Sequence record: OZ035799.1
Length of the DNA: 64,000 nucleotides
From: Justusliebigvirus alia
Reading direction: 5' to 3' (one strand)
Part shown: positions 57,517 through 64,000 of the stretch, one piece after another
How positions within the stretch are numbered: the first letter of the stretch is position 1
Layout of the letters: each line of letters begins with the position of its first letter
Program-made: the position numbers and the translations under genes
The notes under the pieces: model-generated
Databases searched by the model: none
Seen by the model: the letters and a program-made list of their open reading frames with translations, nothing else
What the model was told of the DNA's origin: nothing

Positions 57517-58233
57517 TTATTTCAGTTTGTAAACAATTACATTTAAACCTTTGTTTACTAGAGTTTCTTCGATCATAAGTTTTACAATATTCCAAGAACC
57601 TCCAGCCAAACCACAACCAAGCATTGGTAAACCTACAATTTTACCGCCTGAAGATACAACATCGTCTCCCATACTATCTAACGCATTATAGATAGCTTCA
57701 TAATTCAGGTCACGCTTGCCTTCCTCACGACGACTATAACCATATTGTCCATATAAATTATAAATTGTCAAATTGTTTTCTGTATACTTGGTAAACGTAC
57801 CTAATTTTTTATAATCACCACGTTTAGTGGCACAATCTGCTTTAAACGCACCAGGCCACTTGCTTTTAATTTTTGGTGCAATACCACTACCCATAGTGCA
57901 AAAACAGTTACAGCAGTGTGCTATAGCGTCTATATCGCCTCTCTCGGCTGCTGCTAAAAGATCACCGTATACCTCAATGATACCTGCTGGATAACTTGTT
58001 ACAATTTCATCTTCCCAGTACATTTTCTCTACACCACCGATCAGTGCAAAGTTTTGTGTAATGCGATCATCAATATAGTTAAGACCTGAAACATACACAG
58101 CGTATTCATCCTGTGCTGTAATACCTTGCACACGAATTCTTAAGACACCATCTTTATCTGTTGCTACACGCCCAAAATCTTTTTCTGTAATATTGGTGAT
58201 AGGATCTCCGAAAGTCATTACTTTATTAGACAT
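57517..58233 (-). CDS. Macro-domain protein (putative ADP-ribose / ADP-ribose-derivative binding or processing)
   Basis: Compared by eye with MacroD-type proteins: GDLLAAAERGDIDAIAHCCNC (DAIVNAAN-like), MGSGIAPKI (GGGV..AI-like), KIVGLPMLGCGLAGGS (IAFP.ISTGIYG-like). ATG overlaps the PRTase stop (ATGTCTAA). Confidence 0.5.
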   Translation of the reverse strand: MSNKVMTFGDPITNITEKDFGRVATDKDGVLRIRVQGITAQDEYAVYVSGLNYIDDRITQNFALIGGVEKMYWEDEIVTSYPAGIIEVYGDLLAAAERGDIDAIAHCCNCFCTMGSGIAPKIKSKWPGAFKADCATKRGDYKKLGTFTKYTENNLTIYNLYGQYGYSRREEGKRDLNYEAIYNALDSMGDDVVSSGGKIVGLPMLGCGLAGGSWNIVKLMIEETLVNKGLNVIVYKLK

Positions 58234-59083
58234 AATAATCCCCTTTAACATTAGATTTGTTGATAATGTTGCTTTCAAAAAATTGACGTAGGAAATCAAA
58301 GTTCTCTTTATATTTTTCAATGTTATTGTAGCCTTCTGCAAGGCAACCAAAGAACAGTTGTTCTACATAATACAAAGGAAGTTGTGAAAGTGCAATTTTA
58401 AAATCAACTTCGCTTTGACTCATTAGATACTTAATAGGACGAACCAAACATTTAGCATCAGTTTCTTGCTTAATCATTTTAATAAAAGCTGCCAGGTTAT
58501 TGATATAGTTGAAGTTAAGTGCAGCTTCGGTATTGGCTTCTGTACCTTCATACTTTGCAAAGTACAGGAAAAACGTATCGTTTTCAACACCTTCTTTGTC
58601 TAAAATTTCAATAAGTTTTTCTTCGTGCGTTCCTGTAATATTAACATCATCAATGAAAATCAGAGTTTTATTACCCCAGAAATCACGATTGATAGAGAAA
58701 GTGTCACCATCGATCAAAGCCTTACGATCTTCTTTGCTAAGAAATCCATAATCATTGATATAGCTCACTTTACGATGAACGATATCCCACTCCACTGGTT
58801 TACCACCTTTGATAGAGATTAGGTAGTTGAGGTGGTCTACAAAATGTTCAGATAACACTGTAGCTGCATTTTTCACATAGTTATATGGAGATGGAATAAC
58901 AACAAAACTTTCATTTACCAGTCGTTCTTCATACTTAGAAAAGAAACTTTCAGCCAGAATGCGCCCCATTCTTTTTGCTGCCTGGTTACTACCAAACTTT
59001 AGTTTGGAATAATCTGCAATGTTAAATTTTGCTTCCTTCAGGTTAGTAAAAGTATTAGCAAAATGTTGAATTTGATTACGCAT
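58226..59083 (-). CDS. Phosphoribosyltransferase-like protein (type I PRTase fold) with C-terminal helical extension
   Basis: PRPP-binding loop motif KTLIFIDDVNITGTHEE (hydrophobic-DD-xxTG-T). Start overlaps the stop of the upstream HAD gene. Confidence 0.55.
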   Translation of the reverse strand: MRNQIQHFANTFTNLKEAKFNIADYSKLKFGSNQAAKRMGRILAESFFSKYEERLVNESFVVIPSPYNYVKNAATVLSEHFVDHLNYLISIKGGKPVEWDIVHRKVSYINDYGFLSKEDRKALIDGDTFSINRDFWGNKTLIFIDDVNITGTHEEKLIEILDKEGVENDTFFLYFAKYEGTEANTEAALNFNYINNLAAFIKMIKQETDAKCLVRPIKYLMSQSEVDFKIALSQLPLYYVEQLFFGCLAEGYNNIEKYKENFDFLRQFFESNIINKSNVKGDYYV

Positions 59084-59732
59084 TAATAAGTTCCTCTTTT
59101 TTAAGTTTAGCCAACAAGTCTTCTGGATTAATAATATGACAGAACTTCATCCCTATGTCAACAGCTTTTCCATCATAGATCAAACTATCTCCAACGTGTA
59201 AGATCTCCTCTGGTGCGAGATCAAACGTTACCATTTCATCAAAAGAGAGTTTAAAAAACCTAGGATCTGGTTTACACAAGCAAAACTCATCAGAAAAATG
59301 CATAAAGTCAAATGGTAATTTTGTCAAGCCAGAATATACAGCTAAGAAACTACCAGGTACAAAATTGGTATTGCTCTTAATACTCAAAGAATAGGTTGAA
59401 CTTAGCTCTTCCAACTTCTTGCAAAGTTCAGGGTTTAATGTTGGAGGATGTTTTATAAACATTGCTAAACAGTCTCTTTTTAACCCATCTACTTTATCAA
59501 GATCAATGTTCAAACGAGCAGAAAGTGTTTCCCAAGCATTTCTAGATGTTCCACAAATGCCTTTTTCTGCTTTTAAATCCAGGAGAGTTTTTACCTCTTT
59601 ATATACGGTAGCTGCTTCTACCTCAGAACAAGAGGCATACTCGGCAATAACCTTGTTGCGTTCTTCTGCATACAAAGGATTAGCAGTAATAAGAGTATTC
59701 CATACATCAAAAGAAATATGCTTAACAGTCAT
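59076..59732 (-). CDS. HAD-superfamily hydrolase (phosphatase/dehalogenase-like)
   Basis: Motif I-like HISFDVWNTLI (DxxxTL) and motif IV HVGDSLIYDGKA. Start moved to the ATG at 59732 (RBS GGAGGA). Confidence 0.55.
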   Translation of the reverse strand: MTVKHISFDVWNTLITANPLYAEERNKVIAEYASCSEVEAATVYKEVKTLLDLKAEKGICGTSRNAWETLSARLNIDLDKVDGLKRDCLAMFIKHPPTLNPELCKKLEELSSTYSLSIKSNTNFVPGSFLAVYSGLTKLPFDFMHFSDEFCLCKPDPRFFKLSFDEMVTFDLAPEEILHVGDSLIYDGKAVDIGMKFCHIINPEDLLAKLKKEELINA

Positions 59733-59901
59733 TTTTAATCCTCCGTCCAAAAGAATATCATCTGCTTAATTTTATTGATCTCTTGATGTAGTAACTTTCC
59801 AGCATGTGATTGATCTTTAATATTGACAGCAAGAATTTCAAGCTCCGTCAGTTTTTCTTGGATAGCTTTATATTCATCATCTGTAAGCATTTTCTTCCCC
59901 T

Positions 59902-60093
59902 TTAGAATGGTAATCTTTGTATGTCACTTATCCCCACACCAAGAAGTCTAGCAATATCCTTATCTAAAAGCAACTCTTTTTGTTCTAAAATGTTAATCAG
60001 ATCTCCTAATACTTCTTTAATGTCACGATCATTTTTAGCAACGTGACCACCTGCCGTATCAACTTTATCTTTAAAAACAAAGTAATGATCCAT
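59902..60093 (-). CDS. Hypothetical small protein
   Basis: Short ORF after the AAA+ ATPase terminator; start likely at the internal ATG with GGAGGG RBS. Confidence 0.3.
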   Translation of the reverse strand: MDHYFVFKDKVDTAGGHVAKNDRDIKEVLGDLINILEQKELLLDKDIARLLGVGISDIQRLPF

Positions 60094-60099
60094 AATACC

Positions 60100-60133
60100 C
60101 TCCATATAAATAAAGGAGGCTTTCGCCTCCTTT
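60100..60133 (-). terminator. Rho-independent terminator after the AAA+ ATPase gene (minus strand)
   Basis: AAAGGAGGC-GAAA-GCCTCCTTT followed by ATTTATAT. Confidence 0.55.
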
Positions 60134-60139
60134 TATCAC

Positions 60140-61300
60140 TTAGTAAGAACGACCACCAAACACATACTCTGTGTAGTTTTTACGTTCTTTGTTTTTAATA
60201 ACAACTTCAATGTTGTTGCCTTTATCATCGGTGAACACAAAGTGATAACCGTCACCACCCATTGTACGGATGTGTTTTTCATCATACGTCAGCAAGATAC
60301 GGTCTACACCCCAGTAGTAGTCACCTTCTTCATCTTTGTCTTCTACTGTAACGACCCCTTCCATTTCAGGAAGATGCTCTTCTCCTAGCTTATGGTCTAC
60401 AGCTACAACATAACGATTACCGCTAAACAAACCCTGTGCTGTCATACCGTCAATATCGGTATCTGCCGAAACATCTCCTGTACGATCTACACCGTTGACT
60501 TTCAGAAGTTTAACTTCTTTTGCAGCATAGCGGTGTTCAGTAATACTGATACCCATTAATGCAAGTGCATCAGAGAATTTGTCATTAGGGTAACGGTTAA
60601 GTTCTTCTACTAATGACTGAACAATATCAAAGTTCAAGTCCACGGACAGATTATAAAGCGTTTCAAAATCTGGTAAAAAGGCTTTGTTCTCCAGATTTTT
60701 AGCCAGATAGTCATCCATAGTAGCTTTAGGTAGTTTCTTATAGCTAAAGCTGTAGAAAATACGGCTAGGGCGATTACGCAAAAATTCTGATACATAACCA
60801 TCATTTTTAGTCAATACAAACAGCTTGTCATAGCCACCAACACCATCCAGCAGGGTAAGCAAACCATCCTGTGCATCTTTTTCAGCATACAGTTTATCAA
60901 ATTCATCGATCATAATCATCACAGGTTGTGTGATTTTAGACATAAAATTGATAAAGCCTTCACCATTAAAAGCACTACCGATAGAAATAGTAGGAATACC
61001 CATTTCACGAAGAGCAGAAGACAGCATTTTAGCTTGCAAAGTTTTACCGCTACCCTTCGTACCCTCAAGGAGAACACCTGTGTTTTTACCTTTACGGCTA
61101 AGGAACGTCTTGATAATACGTTCTGATTTATCATCAGTATCACCGTATGTTACTGAAGGGACTTCCATATCGTTTTTAGGATACAGGAAGAACTCACCAC
61201 TTTGAGTAACACCTACACCAAAAGTTCCTGCTGGAATTTCTTCAATATCTGTGCCAGACTTCTGACGCAGGAAGATTTGATTGCCGAATACTGTAAACAT
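60140..61300 (-). CDS. AAA+ ATPase
   Basis: Walker A GTKGSGKT, Walker B VMIMIDEFD, sensor-1-like VLTKN, Arg-finger-like RNRPSR. Confidence 0.55.
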   Translation of the reverse strand: MFTVFGNQIFLRQKSGTDIEEIPAGTFGVGVTQSGEFFLYPKNDMEVPSVTYGDTDDKSERIIKTFLSRKGKNTGVLLEGTKGSGKTLQAKMLSSALREMGIPTISIGSAFNGEGFINFMSKITQPVMIMIDEFDKLYAEKDAQDGLLTLLDGVGGYDKLFVLTKNDGYVSEFLRNRPSRIFYSFSYKKLPKATMDDYLAKNLENKAFLPDFETLYNLSVDLNFDIVQSLVEELNRYPNDKFSDALALMGISITEHRYAAKEVKLLKVNGVDRTGDVSADTDIDGMTAQGLFSGNRYVVAVDHKLGEEHLPEMEGVVTVEDKDEEGDYYWGVDRILLTYDEKHIRTMGGDGYHFVFTDDKGNNIEVVIKNKERKNYTEYVFGGRSY

Positions 61301-61320
61301 AGTTTTCTCCTCTGTTTAAT

Positions 61321-61791
61321 TTAGTCAGATTCCCAAATGTTGTCTTTCTTAATCCACATTCGTTGATTATCTGAACCTCTATAACGTTTCGTTGTTGGTT
61401 GATTCATATCATACTTACCATCTATCACTATGTCAACCAGTTTTTTAATTTTTTCTGGAATTTCTTCAAAAAGATATCCTGTATATAAGACAATATCTTT
61501 TTTGTTTCCAAAACAATCTCTTACCTTTTCAAGAACATACTCTACAGTGTCAATGTTCTCTTTGTCAAGAGGTTCACCACCTAAAACGGTTAATCCTTTA
61601 ATGAAAGGTCGAGATAAATCTTTCAAGATAAGATCTAATGTTTCAGTAGTGAACTCTTGTCCGTAGTTATACGACCAGGCTTTCTGGTTAAAGCAGCCAC
61701 GGCAACCGTGGCTACAACCGCTCACCCACAAAGAGCATCTTACACCGTCACCGTTGAGCATGTCAACAGGTTCATATCCGGCGTAATTCAA
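61321..61791 (-). CDS. nrdG: Anaerobic ribonucleotide reductase activating protein (radical SAM)
   Basis: Cys cluster CSLWVSGCSHGCRGC (CxxxCxxC) near the N-terminus, ~156 aa, directly downstream of and overlapping nrdD. Confidence 0.8.
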   Translation of the reverse strand: MNYAGYEPVDMLNGDGVRCSLWVSGCSHGCRGCFNQKAWSYNYGQEFTTETLDLILKDLSRPFIKGLTVLGGEPLDKENIDTVEYVLEKVRDCFGNKKDIVLYTGYLFEEIPEKIKKLVDIVIDGKYDMNQPTTKRYRGSDNQRMWIKKDNIWESD

Positions 61792-62729
61792 AAATGTTTC
61801 TCCCTTTCTAATACTTCTTGCATTTTACCTTTATTATAAGGGCGAGAGTTAGGGGCAGAAAGGTATCCTGACACTCTTCTGATTACAGATATAGATTCTT
61901 CCTCATGATTGCCACAACTTGGACACTCGAAGCCTTTAGCTGTTGCCTTAAATTCACCATGAAAACCACATTTGAAACACTGATCTACAGGTTGGTTCAC
62001 GCCAAAATAAGGAATTTTGTTGTAGGCATAATCTACAAGAGTTTCCAGTGCTTGCAAGTTATTTTTAAGGTTTGGTGTTTCTACATAACCTATGTTCCCA
62101 CCATTACTGATTTGTGCAAAACCTTCCTCATAATCCCACTTTTGGAACGGGGTAGTGTGCATCCACACAGGTTGATGGAAAGAGTTTGTCAAGTAGTCAC
62201 GATCAATAGAACCTGGATAGCGATCATTTAATGCTTTGGCAAATTTATAGCACAAGGATTCTGCTGGTGTTCCATACAAACTAAAAGCTAAACCAGAACG
62301 TTCTTTAAATGTGCCACAGATATCCTTCATATATTGAAGGATGTTTTTACCCATTGCTTTTGGATTGGTGTTACCTGGGTATAAAATCTCCATAGCTTCT
62401 GCTAAACCTACATAACCGATACTAATAGAGGCATAACCACCTTCGAATAGCTTACCAATCTCTTCATTAGCTTCTAGTCGAGCTAAAGCCCCTTCCATAA
62501 ACAATGTAGGGTTTTGAGATGCTTTGGTATGTCTAATACGGTTAACACGTAGTATATGTGCCTTATACGCCATCTCCATATGTTGTTCCAACAGTTCAGT
62601 AAATAAGATGCCCTTTTCACGGGACTCTGCTGCAATGATAGGTAAGTTTAAAGAAACCACGCCTAAGTTGAAACGACCATCATATTTTTCACCTTGCTCT
62701 GTTGCATAGTATGACAAGAAACTTCTACA
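61788..62729 (-). CDS. nrdD: Anaerobic ribonucleoside-triphosphate reductase, exon 2
   Basis: Glycyl-radical motif RRVSGYL and C-terminal Zn ribbon CFKCGFHG...CPSCG. The ORF-track N-terminus MALRATLNIM is intron-derived; the exon probably starts at the CRSFLS codon. Confidence 0.8.
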   Translation of the reverse strand, partial: CRSFLSYYATEQGEKYDGRFNLGVVSLNLPIIAAESREKGILFTELLEQHMEMAYKAHILRVNRIRHTKASQNPTLFMEGALARLEANEEIGKLFEGGYASISIGYVGLAEAMEILYPGNTNPKAMGKNILQYMKDICGTFKERSGLAFSLYGTPAESLCYKFAKALNDRYPGSIDRDYLTNSFHQPVWMHTTPFQKWDYEEGFAQISNGGNIGYVETPNLKNNLQALETLVDYAYNKIPYFGVNQPVDQCFKCGFHGEFKATAKGFECPSCGNHEEESISVIRRVSGYLSAPNSRPYNKGKMQEVLEREKHF

Positions 62730-63009
62730 CATTATGTTCAAAGTGGCTCGCAAGGCCACTCCCGCACCATTACGTGCTGCTGCATGTCACCATGCAGATC
62801 AGACTATATCTTCATGCTTAAAGCATGTCTACCATTTGGGGTGTCATAGGCTTACACCCTACGCTGCTACATTCATCACAGCTAGTCGTTAGGCATTTCG
62901 TAATAGTACCCCCCTTCTTCTGTGTTGGGAGTTCTGTTACGTTTAGCACGGGATTGTCTCGTTGAGAGTTCCCCCGTTTAGGCAGATTTTACATGAGCAG
63001 TTATAGTTT
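62730..63009 (-). ncRNA. Group I self-splicing intron in nrdD (~280 nt, no internal ORF)
   Basis: Minus-strand sequence contains the conserved core elements in order: P-like AAACGGGGGAAC, Q-like ACAATCCCGTGC, R CCTAACGACTAGC, S AAGATATAGTCTG. 5' exon ends in U, intron ends in G. Reading frame is interrupted by a stop just inside the intron. Confidence 0.75.
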
Positions 63010-63867
63010 ACCCATGCTTGTGACGCGACCATCTGAAGATCCTGTAACTTCTTTGTTTAAAGGTACAGAGATAAAATCAGGATAAATGCGTTCAGCACAA
63101 CACTCCATTGCCAGTTGCTTCAAATCATAGTTTGGATCGCCAGCTTTCATGTTAACACCATCTTCCAAGAAGAAGATAACTTTAGGAAACACAGGAGTTA
63201 CCCTATCTTTTCCTAATCCTTGTTTGTGCACCATTAGGTAGTTTTTAGTGATCATTCTACCAAAAGCAGAGGTATCCAAACCTAAACTAATTGTTATAAA
63301 AGGTGACTGACCATTTACACTCATTAGAGTGTTCACTTGGTAGATTAAAGTTTGCATTGCATCATAGACCTGTTTATCTACCATACGCATAGCAATATCA
63401 TAATCACCAACATCAGCATATATTTTATTAAAACTTGCTTTAACGTATTGACTAAGCCCAGTATCAACATGTGCACAAGTTTGTCCACCATATTGGCTAG
63501 AAGCTACTGCTTGAATAATTTGAGTTAGGACAGTAGTCGCTACACCGATAGATTTTGGTTTTTCAATATGTGCATTACCAATACGGAAACCGTTCTCAAG
63601 CATATCTTGGTAATTTACCAGGCAACAATTAGTTAAAGGTGAGAGTAAATAATCTAAATCGTGGATGTGACCATACCCACTTTTATGCCATTCTGCCAGA
63701 TCTTCCGGTAAAATATGGGTCATTGCCATGTGCTTGCTTAGGATACCTGCTAGTAAATCTCGGTGAGTATTAACAATCATTGCAGGTTTGTTTGCATTTT
63801 CACGAGTAAATTCTTCGGATGTTTGTTCGAGGAATCCGATTACATCCTCATATAGTTTTTGGGTCAT
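63010..63867 (-). CDS. nrdD: Anaerobic ribonucleoside-triphosphate reductase, exon 1
   Basis: 288 aa N-terminal part ending ...DGRVTSMG; joined to exon 2 gives a ~602 aa NrdD. RBS GGAGGA before the ATG at 63867. Confidence 0.8.
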
Positions 63868-63875
63868 TAATCCTC

Positions 63876-63910
63876 CGTGGAAAATAAAAGCCAGCTTAAT
63901 GCTGGCTTTA
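63876..63910 (-). terminator. Hairpin terminator/attenuator immediately upstream of the nrdD RBS
   Basis: AAAGCCAGC-ATTA-AGCTGGCTTT followed by TATTTTCC, then RBS GGAGGA. Confidence 0.5.
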
Positions 63911-64000
63911 GGGTGGATCTTTATTTTAAATCTTTTTCGTAAGATTGTCCTTGATCTTAGTCAAGGTTTTTGGTAATACGTGTACAACCGTCAGAAGTCA

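Noticed and set aside
61788-62759. ORF-track start of the second nrdD fragment at 62759 (MALRATLNIM...).
   Set aside because: The first ~10 codons fall inside the group I intron. The real exon 2 most likely begins at the Cys codon (62729) after splicing.
1-64000. CRISPR arrays, tRNA genes, integrase/transposase or att-like repeats.
   Set aside because: No regularly spaced direct repeats. No intergenic gap exceeds ~115 nt and none shows tRNA-like motifs. No recombinase-like ORF. The segment looks like part of a lytic phage genome rather than a prophage or island.

Overview
This window reads as a contiguous 64 kb segment of a virulent tailed phage (myovirus-type tail, lambda-like head genes, E. 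coli-like promoters and codon usage; no integrase, tRNA or CRISPR seen). Genes are arranged in two convergent blocks that meet at a bidirectional terminator near 37.2 kb. The plus-strand block (1-37217) is the morphogenesis module: large terminase (5'-truncated by the window edge, interrupted by a mini-intein in the Walker A loop), portal, scaffold, decoration protein, lambda E-like major capsid protein, connector proteins, tail sheath, tail tube, a chaperone pair with a -1 frameshift site, tape measure protein, baseplate and central spike, then at least five different receptor-binding proteins. The minus-strand block (37253-63867) carries replication and auxiliary genes: DNA methyltransferase, SSB-like protein, CCA-type nucleotidyltransferase, AP2-domain endonuclease, family A DNA polymerase, primase-helicase, three glycosyltransferases, a secreted cell-wall hydrolase, a tellurite-resistance-like set (TerD, vWA, TelA-like, TerC), a translationally coupled HAD / phosphoribosyltransferase / macro-domain operon, an AAA+ ATPase, nrdG, and nrdD split by a group I intron. 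The best candidate for an undescribed system is the 49.7-61.3 kb minus-strand island combining the Ter genes with the HAD-PRTase-macro operon. All calls come from reading the ORF translations and DNA motifs by eye; no database search was run, so family assignments are motif-based inferences.
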